Positions 25,643 through 35,403 of a stretch of DNA of 64,000 bases are shown here, piece after piece (position 1 is the stretch's first letter; the number at the start of each line of letters is the position of its first letter). This stretch comes from Bacilli bacterium. GTDB taxonomy: Bacteria; Bacillota_I; Bacilli_A; RF39; UBA660. The notes beneath the pieces are model-generated. The model was given only the letters and a program-made list of their open reading frames with translations. It was not told where the DNA came from and ran no database searches. The translations under genes were made by a program, and so were the position numbers. The DNA lies in the NCBI GenBank assembly GCA_028706395.1, contig JAQWBL010000003.1, forward strand, positions 14,039 to 78,038, read 5' to 3'.

Positions 25643-26057
25643 TAAACTTTATCATTTAAGTGAATCAAATTTAGATGGTGTTGAATTATTCCCTAGAATT
25701 CCTGATAACTTTATGACTCGAAATAATTATGAAAATAATTCTATTAAACGAATATCCTTTTCAACAAGTATTGACGGGGCCTTAACGGGTATTTCAAGTA
25801 ATCTTGATAACAAAGAATTTTATATTCATGAACCAAATGATTACTCCAACTTAGTTATCAAACAAATAACTAATGATGACGTCCCTGATCAATCACTCAC
25901 TGAAGAAATATGGGTACTTAATCCAACTAGATTAAAAATGATTGGAAAATTAAAAGTAATAAATTCTAAGAGCAAGATTTATAACTATAAATATGGGGAA
26001 TTTACTGCCGAAACTTATAGATGGAATTATATAGAATTAAAAAACGAAGAAAATTAG
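25620..26057 (+). CDS. hypothetical cytoplasmic protein (145 aa)
   Basis: ORF track. Overlaps the upstream gene by 23 nt (no SD, likely coupled). No family recognised. Confidence 0.5.
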   Translation: MKISVKTNKLYHLSESNLDGVELFPRIPDNFMTRNNYENNSIKRISFSTSIDGALTGISSNLDNKEFYIHEPNDYSNLVIKQITNDDVPDQSLTEEIWVLNPTRLKMIGKLKVINSKSKIYNYKYGEFTAETYRWNYIELKNEEN

Positions 26058-26068
26058 TTCTTCGTTTT
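26041..26068. terminator. bidirectional terminator between the insert and truA
   Basis: AAAACGAAGAA-aattag-TTCTTCGTTTT, perfect 11-bp stem. Confidence 0.8.
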
Positions 26069-26809
26069 TTAATATATTACATCTTTTAAATATAATCCCT
26101 CAGGAGCCGCAGTTTTTCCTGCTTCACGACGATCTTCTGATGCTAAAATATTGATAATATCTTCACTTTTTCGCTTGCCTTCACCAATCTCAATTAAAGT
26201 TCCAACCATGTTTCTTACCATATACCTTAAGAATCCAGTTCCAACAAAAGAAATGGTTAGCTTATTAACATTTTTAACATCCCTAATTAAGTTAGTTTGA
26301 ACGATGTTTCTAACAAAATCTTCCTTTTCATCATCTGCTTTAGAAAAGGCTTTAAAATTGTGTCTTCCTTCTAAATATTTAAGGGCCCTTTCCATTTCCA
26401 CAACATCTAAACGATTATTGTATTGATAAACATAATTTCGTTCAATTGGATCATACTCACCCATGTTAATTTTATATAAATATTCTTTAGCCTTAACATC
26501 AAATCTTGCATGAAAATTATCTTTAACTTCAATAAGTTCTTTAATATAAATATCCTCAGGTATTAAACTATTTAATGCTTTCATTAGTTTATCCGGAGTT
26601 ATATTCATATCTAAATCAAAATGTGCTTTTTGGTTTAAGGCATGAACTGATGCATCAGTTCTCCCACTGGCATGAATTGAAATGGATTCACCATCACTAA
26701 TTATTTTAAGTGCTTTTTCAATTTCACCTTGAACTGTTTTCATTCTTGGTTGCTTCTGATAGCCCTTATATTTCGAACCATCGTAAGCAAATGTCATAAA
26801 ATATCTCAT
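26069..26809 (-). CDS. truA: tRNA pseudouridine(38-40) synthase
   Basis: YDGSKYKGYQKQ, SGRTDASVHA. Confidence 0.95.
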   Translation of the reverse strand: MRYFMTFAYDGSKYKGYQKQPRMKTVQGEIEKALKIISDGESISIHASGRTDASVHALNQKAHFDLDMNITPDKLMKALNSLIPEDIYIKELIEVKDNFHARFDVKAKEYLYKINMGEYDPIERNYVYQYNNRLDVVEMERALKYLEGRHNFKAFSKADDEKEDFVRNIVQTNLIRDVKNVNKLTISFVGTGFLRYMVRNMVGTLIEIGEGKRKSEDIINILASEDRREAGKTAAPEGLYLKDVIY

Positions 26810-27561
26810 AATACTACCTCTCTAATTATTAAAAATATTAAAATAATGGCATGAACTAAAAACATATATGTATCAAAAAATCCCCATTTGTTCATTCTAA
26901 AATTTGTGCGTTTGTTATGGATATTATACAATCTTAATTCCATTGAAATTGCTAGTTCATCCGCTCTTCTAAATGAATGAATAATCATTGGTAACATTAA
27001 TGATTTAACACCAGTTATTTTATCTTTTATTTTGGAATTGCTATAATCAATTCCACGACAAGTTTGTGACTTCATAATTTTATTGGCTTGATCAATAATT
27101 GTTGGTATAAATCTAATTGCCAAACTAAGTGATAACGCCATTTTATTGACAGGTATTCCAATTACCCGAAGTGGTGTGAAAAACTTTTCTAAACCATAAG
27201 TTAATTCCGTTGGTGGCGTTGTAAGGGTTAACACAGATGTATATAAAACTACTAAAACCAATCTGGCAACCATAATAACAATTACTTGCCAATCAACACC
27301 AGTAATAATATTAATTAGGATAATAAAAATAATCAATATTTTAAGGCTTTTAATCGCCCCTAAATATACCTTTAAAGGAACATTTGACATAAGTACAATT
27401 AATAAGACAAATGCTGTAATCAATCCTATAAAAAATAAATCATTACTTAAAAACATTAATAAAACAAAAATAACCGTACATATAATTTTAGATAAAGGGT
27501 TCATTTTATGAATTTTAGAAGTGACTGGATAATATCTGCCAACCATTACCTTATTTAGCAT
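26806..27561 (-). CDS. ecfT: ECF transporter T component
   Basis: 251 aa, polytopic. Sits after two EcfA ATPases, with the conserved ARG-type motif region ..RRADELAISMELR. Confidence 0.9.
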   Translation of the reverse strand: MLNKVMVGRYYPVTSKIHKMNPLSKIICTVIFVLLMFLSNDLFFIGLITAFVLLIVLMSNVPLKVYLGAIKSLKILIIFIILINIITGVDWQVIVIMVARLVLVVLYTSVLTLTTPPTELTYGLEKFFTPLRVIGIPVNKMALSLSLAIRFIPTIIDQANKIMKSQTCRGIDYSNSKIKDKITGVKSLMLPMIIHSFRRADELAISMELRLYNIHNKRTNFRMNKWGFFDTYMFLVHAIILIFLIIREVVL

Positions 27562-28402
27562 ATCTATATATATCCTTTATTAAATCATTTATTTCGTCAC
27601 GATAACCCATTTTAATACCCTTTTCCATTAAAACCTTATGTGAGAATTCAATAACTTTAGGAACCCCAATTCCATGTTTTCTCAATGTTTCAACTTCAGA
27701 AAACACTTGATATTTGTCACCTTCTAAAACAACTTTTTTATCACTTAGCACGAATATATAATCAGCCATTTTATGAAGAAAATCAACATCTTGAGTAACA
27801 ACAATTATTGTTTTGTTATATTTGTTTTTTAGCATCTTAATAAGTCTTATTAAATTGTTTTTGCTATTACTATCCAAACCAACCGTCGGTTCATCAAAGA
27901 TAACCACTTTCGGATTAAATACCAAGATTGAAGCAATAGCTACTTTTCGTTTTTCACCATTACTTAAAGTATGTGGATTCCTTGGTAAATAACTGTCATC
28001 AAGTCCGACCATCTTCAAGGCATTACTGATTCTTTGCTTTATTTCATCTGTTTTATAATTAAAAGTTTTTAAACCAAATCCAATTTCTTTTTCAACTGTC
28101 TTATTAAAAAATTGTTCCTCTGGAAATTCAAAGATTAAGCCAACGTTGAATCTAAGTAAACTAATATTTACTATTTTACTCTTCTTTTCAATAAAACAAT
28201 TATCGACTTTAATATTTCCAGATGTTGGAATAATTAGGGCATTAATCATTTCAATAATCGTTGTTTTGCCACTACCACTTTTTCCAATAATTGCATTTAT
28301 TTGATTACTTTTGATTTCTAAATTCAAATCCTTTAATATTTCCTTTTCAAGCGATGATTTTTCATTATATATATATCCAACATTATTAAACTTTATTTCC
28401 AT
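27551..28402 (-). CDS. ecfA2: ECF transporter ATPase EcfA2
   Basis: GKSGSGKTT (Walker A), LSNGEKRKVAIA (signature), VIFDEPT (Walker B). Confidence 0.9.
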   Translation of the reverse strand: MEIKFNNVGYIYNEKSSLEKEILKDLNLEIKSNQINAIIGKSGSGKTTIIEMINALIIPTSGNIKVDNCFIEKKSKIVNISLLRFNVGLIFEFPEEQFFNKTVEKEIGFGLKTFNYKTDEIKQRISNALKMVGLDDSYLPRNPHTLSNGEKRKVAIASILVFNPKVVIFDEPTVGLDSNSKNNLIRLIKMLKNKYNKTIIVVTQDVDFLHKMADYIFVLSDKKVVLEGDKYQVFSEVETLRKHGIGVPKVIEFSHKVLMEKGIKMGYRDEINDLIKDIYRYAK

Positions 28403-29202
28403 ATTTTATTCACCATCAAATCCATATCAAAAGTCATTTCATCAATCAAATTATAATACATTAGTTTTTGTGAAAGCGATGCCATAAAAGGAATATCCAA
28501 ACCAATCTGATTAAATACTTTTTCTTCTAAAAAAACTAATTCTTTATTACCGTTTAATATAATTTTACCATTATCAATTAAAATAACATCATCACCATAT
28601 ACCGCTTCTTCGATATCGTGAGTAATATTGATAATTGTAACACCCTTTTCTTTATGTAATTTTGATAAAACCGCTAATATATTATCCCGTTCAACATAAT
28701 CAATACGATTAATTGCTTCATCAAGAATAAGAATCGTTGGTTCTAAAACAAGAATACTAGCAAGTGCTACTAATTGTTTTTGACCACCACTTAATTGAAA
28801 TGGATTTTTTTCCAGCAAATGAGTAATATTTAAATATTTACTTACTTCCTTTATCTTTCTTTTTATGTCGTCATTTTTAAGTTCCAAGTTTTCAAGAGCA
28901 AAGGCCATTTCATCCATAACTGTTTCAGCCACAAAAGTACTGTCTGGATGCTCAAAAATAACCCCGATTTTTTTTCTTATTTCTTTAATATTGTCATTTG
29001 TTTTAAGAGTATTATCAATAACTATATAACTATCAGATTTAATTAATCCCATTATAATTTTGACAAGTGTACTTTTTCCACTACCATTTGGTCCAATGAT
29101 AGTTGTCCAAGTACCTCGTTTAATAGTTAAATTGAAGTTATCAAAAATGATATTATCGTTATATTTAAAAGTAAGGTCTTTAATAATTAATATATCGTCC
29201 AT
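28393..29202 (-). CDS. ecfA1: ECF transporter ATPase EcfA1
   Basis: GPNGSGKST, LSGGQKQLVALA, LILDEA. Track start is 29217; the ATG at 29200-29202 (MDDILIIK) has better GGAG spacing. Confidence 0.9.
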   Translation of the reverse strand: MDDILIIKDLTFKYNDNIIFDNFNLTIKRGTWTTIIGPNGSGKSTLVKIIMGLIKSDSYIVIDNTLKTNDNIKEIRKKIGVIFEHPDSTFVAETVMDEMAFALENLELKNDDIKRKIKEVSKYLNITHLLEKNPFQLSGGQKQLVALASILVLEPTILILDEAINRIDYVERDNILAVLSKLHKEKGVTIINITHDIEEAVYGDDVILIDNGKIILNGNKELVFLEEKVFNQIGLDIPFMASLSQKLMYYNLIDEMTFDMDLMVNKIWK

Positions 29203-29308
29203 AATAATCATCTCCATCGCACAACTATTATAATATATTTGAATTACTTTTACAACTTTTATATTTGTTTTAGCAATTATTCAGTTTACATAAAGAACTG
29301 GTGATTTG

Positions 29309-29337
29309 TTGACTTTAAAGTAAAAAAATAATATTAT
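29309..29337 (+). promoter_or_regulatory. sigma-A promoter of fba
   Basis: TTGACT (29309-29314), 17 nt, TATTAT (29332-29337). SD AGGAGG follows. Confidence 0.6.
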
Positions 29338-29355
29338 TATATTAGGAGGTATAAA

Positions 29356-30222
29356 ATGTTAGTAAATTCCAAAGAAATGTTAATAAGGGCAAGAAATAAG
29401 GGCTACGCCGTTTGTCAATTTAATATTAACAATTTAGAATGGACAAGATTCATTTTAGAAGAATGTGAACTTAATAAAGCACCAGTTATGTTAGGGGTAA
29501 GTAGTGGAGCTGCTAAATATATGGGTGGTTATAGTACTGTTTATAGTATGGTTAATGTCCTTATAAAAGATTTAAATATTACAATACCAGTGGTTCTTCA
29601 TCTTGATCATGGTTCTGATTTTGAAACATGCAAGAAAGCAATTGATGCTGGTTTTACTTCAGTAATGATTGATGCATCAAAATATGATTTAGAAAAAAAT
29701 ATTGAAATTACTAAAACCGTTACTGATTACGCTAACAAGTTTAATGTAACCGTTGAAGCCGAAATTGGTCATATTGGTGGTGATGAAGACGGAATAACAG
29801 GCAATATTTTATATGCCGAAGTAGATGACTGTGTTACCTTAACTAAAGAAACAAATATTGATTCTTTAGCGCCCGCACTGGGAAGTGTCCATGGTATATA
29901 TAAAGGTGAACCAAAATTAGAATACACTCGTATGCTTGAAATAAAAAACAATACCGATTTACCACTAGTATTACATGGGGCATCAGGTATTCCTGAATAT
30001 GATATCAAAAAAGCTATAAGTTGTGGTGTTGCTAAAATAAACATTAATACTGATTTACAAATAGCATGGTCAAAAAAGGTAAGAGAATTTTTAAATAATG
30101 ACAATGAGGTTTATGACCCAAGGAAAATCATAAAATCTGGTGAAGTTGAATTTAAAAAAACTGTTTATGAAAAACTATTACTAACTGGTAGTATTAATCA
30201 GTTTAATACACCAAATATCTAG
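29356..30222 (+). CDS. fba: class II fructose-1,6-bisphosphate aldolase
   Basis: VVLHLDHG, GHIGG, LVLHGASG. Confidence 0.95.
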   Translation: MLVNSKEMLIRARNKGYAVCQFNINNLEWTRFILEECELNKAPVMLGVSSGAAKYMGGYSTVYSMVNVLIKDLNITIPVVLHLDHGSDFETCKKAIDAGFTSVMIDASKYDLEKNIEITKTVTDYANKFNVTVEAEIGHIGGDEDGITGNILYAEVDDCVTLTKETNIDSLAPALGSVHGIYKGEPKLEYTRMLEIKNNTDLPLVLHGASGIPEYDIKKAISCGVAKININTDLQIAWSKKVREFLNNDNEVYDPRKIIKSGEVEFKKTVYEKLLLTGSINQFNTPNI

Positions 30223-30261
30223 GCTTACATATAAATATAATAACGAATGACGGAGGTAAAT

Positions 30262-31518
30262 ATGAAACAAATTGAAATCGAAGGTGGACACCTATTAGAA
30301 GGAACAATCAACATAAGTGGGGCCAAGAACAGTGCCGTGGCACTTGTTCCAGCGGCATTATTATCAGATGATGTAGTAGTTATTAATAACATTCCAAACA
30401 TTTCTGACATCGATGCATTAAACGAAATATTAGTTTATTTAGGTGCAGAAGTAGTTAGAGAAAATGATACTATTAAAATTAATTCTAAAAATATCGTTAA
30501 TCGAGAAATACCTGAGAGTATTTCTAAAAAATTAAGAGCATCATACTATTTTATGTCAGCTCTATTAGGTAAATATAAACGAGTAGAAATGTTTTTCCCA
30601 GGGGGGTGTTCAATTGGTGCTAGACCGATTGACCAAACTTTAAAAGGATTTAAAGCATTAGGGGCAACTGTCATTGAAGAAGATAATAAATTTACTATCT
30701 TTGCTGACAAACTTATTGGGGGCCATGTTTACTTAGACATGCCAAGTGTTGGTGCAACTATTAATACAATGCTTGCTGCCGTTAAAGCCGAAGGTGAAAC
30801 AATTATTGAAAATGCTGCTAAAGAACCAGAAATTGTAAATGTTGCTATATTTTTAAATAATATGGGGGCCAAGATTACTGGTGCTGGAACAAGTGAAATA
30901 AGAATTGTTGGGACAGATAAATTAGGAAAAGGATTCACTGAAGTTATTCCTGATCGAATTGAAGCTGGTACTTATATAATTGCTGGGGCTTTAATGGGAA
31001 ACAATTTAAAAATCAACAATATTATTCCTGAACACCTTGATAGTTTAATTCATAAATTAAAAGAAATGGGTGTTAAAATTGAAGTGTTTAAAAATCATTT
31101 ATTTGTTTCAAAAACACCGAATATGAAACCGGTTAATATTAAAACAATTGGTTATCCAGGATTTCCAACGGATCTACAACAACCATTAACAACTTTATTA
31201 ACACAATGTAGTGGAACATCATATCTTGAAGAAACTATTTATGAAAATAGATTTCAAAATATTTCATTTTTAAGAAATATGGGTGCTAAAATCGATCAGT
31301 TAGATATGCGTCACATTAAAATAAATGGTCCAGTCAATCTACTTGGAATGACTGTTGAAGCAACTGATTTACGAGCTGGAGCTTGTTTAGTGCTTGCTGG
31401 ACTAATTGCTGAAGGTACAACTTACATTAATAAATCCGAACATGTTTTAAGAGGATATGAAAATATCGTTGAAAAATTAAATGAAGTTGGTGCTAAAATA
31501 AGGATTAATGAAATATAA
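30262..31518 (+). CDS. murA: UDP-N-acetylglucosamine 1-carboxyvinyltransferase
   Basis: ISGAKNSAVALVPAALL, PGGCSIGARPID (active-site Cys). Start at ATG 30262 (MKQIEIEGG) with SD GGAGGT. Confidence 0.95.
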   Translation: MKQIEIEGGHLLEGTINISGAKNSAVALVPAALLSDDVVVINNIPNISDIDALNEILVYLGAEVVRENDTIKINSKNIVNREIPESISKKLRASYYFMSALLGKYKRVEMFFPGGCSIGARPIDQTLKGFKALGATVIEEDNKFTIFADKLIGGHVYLDMPSVGATINTMLAAVKAEGETIIENAAKEPEIVNVAIFLNNMGAKITGAGTSEIRIVGTDKLGKGFTEVIPDRIEAGTYIIAGALMGNNLKINNIIPEHLDSLIHKLKEMGVKIEVFKNHLFVSKTPNMKPVNIKTIGYPGFPTDLQQPLTTLLTQCSGTSYLEETIYENRFQNISFLRNMGAKIDQLDMRHIKINGPVNLLGMTVEATDLRAGACLVLAGLIAEGTTYINKSEHVLRGYENIVEKLNEVGAKIRINEI

Positions 31519-31521
31519 TTA

Positions 31522-31546
31522 AATAGAGTAAACCTCTATTTTTTTT
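31522..31546 (+). terminator. intrinsic terminator after murA
   Basis: AATAGAG-taaac-CTCTATT, then TTTTTT. Confidence 0.7.
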
Positions 31547-31558
31547 AAGGAGGAAAAT

Positions 31559-32290
31559 ATGAAAATAAAAACAATATTGATTGGTAGTATTATTCTTCTG
31601 ACAACTTTTTTAATTTATTTAACAACTCTTGATAAACTTGTCTATTTTTTACCACTTGGTGATTCTTTAGCGCAAGGTAAAACCCCTTATGGCGAAAAGG
31701 ATTATAGTTATAATGATTATCTAAAAGACTATATTGACAATAAAGGCATTTTAGAAAAATATATTGACGGTTTTATTGTTGATGATCAGCGCACAACTGA
31801 TTTAATTAAAGATATTGAAGATAATAAGAAGATTATGATTGGTAATAAAAATCAAACTATTAAAAATGCTTTAATAAAAGCTGATTTAGTAACATTATCA
31901 ATTGGTATGAATGATTTGTATTATAAATTAAATACTGCTAACTTAGAAAATAACGAAATTTACAATCATATTGATGAAATGATGGGAGACATTGATACCC
32001 TCTTTAAAATCTTAAGAAAATATTGTAAAGAAGATATTATTATTATTAATTATTTTAGATCAACGGTACTTTTAGAAAATCCTCAAGTCAAAGAATTCTT
32101 TGATTATGCTAACACTTTACTTAAAAATAAAAGTGATGAATATAAAATTGAATATGTTAGTATCGACAGGCTACTTGAAAATAACACTTTATACTTACCA
32201 ATGACAACTAGCTATTTACCGTCTAGAAATGGCTATGAAGCAATAAGTAAAGAGATTATAAAAAGAATTGATAAAACATTATTAAAATAG
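31559..32290 (+). CDS. SGNH/GDSL-family hydrolase, membrane-anchored
   Basis: N-terminal TM, LPLGDSLAQG (block I GDS), SIGMNDL (block III). Confidence 0.75.
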   Translation: MKIKTILIGSIILLTTFLIYLTTLDKLVYFLPLGDSLAQGKTPYGEKDYSYNDYLKDYIDNKGILEKYIDGFIVDDQRTTDLIKDIEDNKKIMIGNKNQTIKNALIKADLVTLSIGMNDLYYKLNTANLENNEIYNHIDEMMGDIDTLFKILRKYCKEDIIIINYFRSTVLLENPQVKEFFDYANTLLKNKSDEYKIEYVSIDRLLENNTLYLPMTTSYLPSRNGYEAISKEIIKRIDKTLLK

Positions 32291-32330
32291 TTGATTTTTC
32301 CAAATTTTTATCATACAATTATTTTGTTCG

Positions 32331-32359
32331 AATTTCTAAAATCAATATTTTTAGAAATT
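32331..32359 (+). terminator. strong hairpin without U-tract abutting the rpmE promoter (terminator or insulator, uncertain)
   Basis: AATTTCTAAAA-7 nt-TTTTAGAAATT, perfect 11-bp stem. It is followed by GGTTGC rather than a T-run, and the -35 of rpmE starts 3 nt later. Confidence 0.35.
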
Positions 32360-32361
32360 GG

Positions 32362-32390
32362 TTGCTTAATTTCCTAATACTTGTTATAAT
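32362..32390 (+). promoter_or_regulatory. sigma-A promoter of rpmE with extended -10
   Basis: TTGCTT, 17 nt, TATAAT with TGt immediately upstream (TGTTATAAT). Confidence 0.65.
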
Positions 32391-32442
32391 ATTAAGGAAT
32401 TAATTACTATGACTATCCAGTCATGGCGGAAGGAGATTATGT

Positions 32443-32655
32443 ATGAAAAAAGAAAATAAAAACGCATACGTTAAAACTACAGTAACTTGCTCATGTGGAA
32501 ATACTTTTGAAGTAGAATCAAACACGAGTGAATTACAAATTGAAGTTTGTAATAAATGTCATCCTTTCTTTACAGGTGTTCAAGGTCAAACTATGAAAGC
32601 TGGTAAAGTAGAGAAATTTAATCGCAAATATGGTTTTAATAAAGAAGAAAACTAA
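32443..32655 (+). CDS. rpmE: 50S ribosomal protein L31 (zinc-binding C+ form)
   Basis: CSCGNTFEV..EVCNKCHPFFTG. Confidence 0.95.
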   Translation: MKKENKNAYVKTTVTCSCGNTFEVESNTSELQIEVCNKCHPFFTGVQGQTMKAGKVEKFNRKYGFNKEEN

Positions 32656-32672
32656 TATATAATTGGTTTATA

Positions 32673-32701
32673 AAAGTTAGAAGAAATTTCTAACTTTTTT
32701 T
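32673..32701 (+). terminator. intrinsic terminator after rpmE
   Basis: AAAGTTAGAA-gaaat-TTCTAACTTT, perfect 10-bp stem plus T-run. Confidence 0.8.
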
Positions 32702-32746
32702 ATATTTTATAATTTTTAGGACATGATAATATTACGAGGGATAAAT

Positions 32747-34207
32747 ATGTCAAAAATTAATAAAGATTTAAAAGTTATGGTTGAAGAAATTAAAACTAAA
32801 TTAGGTAATCCACCCGATTTAATCGTAAAAGATTTAGTGGTTAGTGGAAAGAAAGTATCAATATTATCAATTGAAAGTATGTCAGATTCAGTCATTATCA
32901 ATGACTTTATTTTGGAATACCTATCTTTTGATATTAAAATTGAAAAAAATAATAATTTGTTAGAATACTTATACTCCAATATCCCGACTAACAAATGCGT
33001 TAAAACAGAAAAAATTGATGAAGTAATATATAACTTATTAAGTGGTTTTACAATTGTTCTTGTAAATGGTTATGAGTTAGCACTATCAATCGAGACAAAA
33101 GCAAAAATTAATAGCGATATTGCTGAAGCTATCAATGAAAGAACGACCCTTGGACCGAATGATGCGTTTACTGAAAATTATCAAATAAATTTAGGCCTAA
33201 TTAGAAAAAGATTAAAAACAAGTGAATTAAAAATATCTGAAACAGTTGTTGGAAATAAAGGAAAAAGTAAAGTTGCTGTAATGTATTTAGATGATGTTGC
33301 TGATAAAGACACTGCAGAAATAATCTTTAATAGAATTAAAAATATAGATATTGACGTAATTTTTGATCCCCAACAAATTGTTGAATTAATATCCGAAAAT
33401 GAAAAAAATGTGTTTCCTAATTGCGTAACAACAGAAAGACCTGATTATGCAACATCACTTTTACTCGGTGGTCGAATTGCCATAGTTTTGGAAAATGCCC
33501 CCTACATATCAGTTGTACCGGCTAATGTTGATGATTTTTTACAACATATTGAAGACCGTTACAATCGTGTTATAAGCTCAAGTGTGAATCGTACCATTCG
33601 ATTTCTATCAATAATAATTACCCTTTTAACACCAGCTATATATGTCGCTATGACCACTTATAATCACGAAAGTATTCCTTCAAAATTATTAGTTAGTTTT
33701 TCTACACAAAGAAGTGGAGTACCTTTTTCAACAATCATGGAAGCCCTCCTTATGATTATGGTTTTCGAAATCCTCAAAGAAACTGATGCCAGGGCTCCTA
33801 ATTCTTATTCTAATTCCCTAACAATTGTTGGTGCACTCGTTTTAGGTGAAGCAGCTGTAACTGCTGGAGTTGTATCTCCAATTATGGTCATTGTAAGTGC
33901 CATTACCGCCATCAGTGGCTTAATCGTTACTTATATTGATGTTGTCAACGGAATTAGATGGTGGCGACTCATATTTTTGATTGGTGCGGCTAGTTCTGGT
34001 TTTATTGGAATAATGGTTGTAAGTTTTCTTTTTATCGCAAACGTTACCTCTATTAAGTCCTTTGGAACCCCTTTTATGAATGGAATCGCCCCAATGAAAA
34101 AAGGAAATATATGGGATAGTATCTTTCTTTCGTTTGAAAATAAATTTAATCGAACCCTTCAAAAAGATATGCATAAACCATCAAATAAAGGAAGTGAAAA
34201 TAAATGA
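32747..34207 (+). CDS. spore germination receptor A subunit (GerA/GerKA family)
   Basis: Start at ATG 32747 (MSKINKDL) with SD GAGGGA. Soluble N-domain followed by C-terminal TM bundle typical of the GerA family. TGA stop overlaps the next ATG (ATGA). Confidence 0.9.
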   Translation: MSKINKDLKVMVEEIKTKLGNPPDLIVKDLVVSGKKVSILSIESMSDSVIINDFILEYLSFDIKIEKNNNLLEYLYSNIPTNKCVKTEKIDEVIYNLLSGFTIVLVNGYELALSIETKAKINSDIAEAINERTTLGPNDAFTENYQINLGLIRKRLKTSELKISETVVGNKGKSKVAVMYLDDVADKDTAEIIFNRIKNIDIDVIFDPQQIVELISENEKNVFPNCVTTERPDYATSLLLGGRIAIVLENAPYISVVPANVDDFLQHIEDRYNRVISSSVNRTIRFLSIIITLLTPAIYVAMTTYNHESIPSKLLVSFSTQRSGVPFSTIMEALLMIMVFEILKETDARAPNSYSNSLTIVGALVLGEAAVTAGVVSPIMVIVSAITAISGLIVTYIDVVNGIRWWRLIFLIGAASSGFIGIMVVSFLFIANVTSIKSFGTPFMNGIAPMKKGNIWDSIFLSFENKFNRTLQKDMHKPSNKGSENK

Positions 34208-35403
34208 TTAAAAAATTGGTGATTTTTTTAACTTTACTTTTAGTAACTGGTTGTTGGGACTATCGGGAATTGAATGATTTAGCAATCGTTGGTTCACTTT
34301 CAATCGATATTGTTGATGATGAGTTTGTAATTGCAGCCCAAATAATGAATGCCAAAAAGGAAGGTGGATCAGGAAATTCTTCTAGTGGTTCTACAAGTAC
34401 CCCAATTGTTGTTTATAAGTTTAGCGCCAATACTATTTCTAACACTTTAAGAAAAATGACCACAGAATCTCCAAGAAAATTATATATTGGTCACATAGCT
34501 ATGGTATTGATTAGTGAAAATGCCGCTAAAATAGGATTCAAAGAAATTTCAGATTTCTTATTACGAGATCATGAATCAAGAAAACAATTCAAAGTTTTAA
34601 TTATTAAAGACAATCCCGTTGATCAGGCTCTATCCATTTTAGATCATCTTGAAACATTGACTATTCAAGCAACTCTTAATTCTTTAAACAATGCCTCCAG
34701 CTACTACGGAAATGTAACACCTATTGGTTTTGATGAATTCATAGCATTAGGTTTTTCTAAAGGAATTGAAGGCATCATTCCATATGCTATCTTAGAAGGC
34801 GATCCTAAGGAGGGTGAAAAAAAGGAAAGTACAGAGATTACAATACCTCAGGCGAAAATTATTTTAAAAGGTTTAAGCGTTTTTAAAGATGATAAACTAA
34901 TTGGATTTTTGGATGATAATGATAGTATTGGTTTCAATTTTCTTATGGGTAACCTTAAATCAGCAATGATTCCCTTTAAATGCGACGAAAAGAATTATGC
35001 AACAACCGAAATAATAAATTATAAGACTGACATGAAAATTGAAATTAAAAATGACTTGCCAGTAGTCAAAATAAAAGTGACTGGTGAAGCTAATCAAGCA
35101 GAAATAAATTGTAATGTTGACATGGAGGTTATTGAAGGTCGGGATTTTATAATGAATCTTATGAATGAGGAAATAAAAAGGTTAATGAGCAACTCCATTG
35201 ATAATGTTAAAGAAAATTTTGGAAGTGATATTTTTGGTTTTGAAAGATATTTATATCGACACAACTATAAATATTGGAAAAAGGTCGAAAAAAAGTGGGA
35301 TGAACTTTTCAAAAAGATTGAATATGAAATTGATGTCAATTTCATGCTTGCTAAAAAGGGATCAACTCTTGATTCAATTAAGGGGGTAAACAATGGGGAG
35401 TAA
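34204..35403 (+). CDS. spore germination receptor C subunit (Ger(x)C lipoprotein)
   Basis: Lipobox LLVTGCWDYRELNDLAIV. A-C-B gene order as in gerK. Confidence 0.9.
   Translation: MIKKLVIFLTLLLVTGCWDYRELNDLAIVGSLSIDIVDDEFVIAAQIMNAKKEGGSGNSSSGSTSTPIVVYKFSANTISNTLRKMTTESPRKLYIGHIAMVLISENAAKIGFKEISDFLLRDHESRKQFKVLIIKDNPVDQALSILDHLETLTIQATLNSLNNASSYYGNVTPIGFDEFIALGFSKGIEGIIPYAILEGDPKEGEKKESTEITIPQAKIILKGLSVFKDDKLIGFLDDNDSIGFNFLMGNLKSAMIPFKCDEKNYATTEIINYKTDMKIEIKNDLPVVKIKVTGEANQAEINCNVDMEVIEGRDFIMNLMNEEIKRLMSNSIDNVKENFGSDIFGFERYLYRHNYKYWKKVEKKWDELFKKIEYEIDVNFMLAKKGSTLDSIKGVNNGE

Noticed and set aside
29769-30938. Minus-strand ORFs 29769..30104, 30225..30410 and 30729..30938
   Set aside because: They are antisense shadows of fba and murA.
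32701-32746. Forespore (sigma-G/F) promoter for the germination-receptor operon around CATGATA (32722-32728)
   Set aside because: The -10-like CATGATA is present, but I could not find a matching -35 (GnATA/TGAATA-like) at the right spacing. It is too weak to call.
32716-34174. Minus-strand ORFs 32716..32994 and 33920..34174, and the plus-strand ORF 35198..35389
   Set aside because: They are antisense or alternative-frame ORFs within the germination-receptor genes and lack SD sequences.
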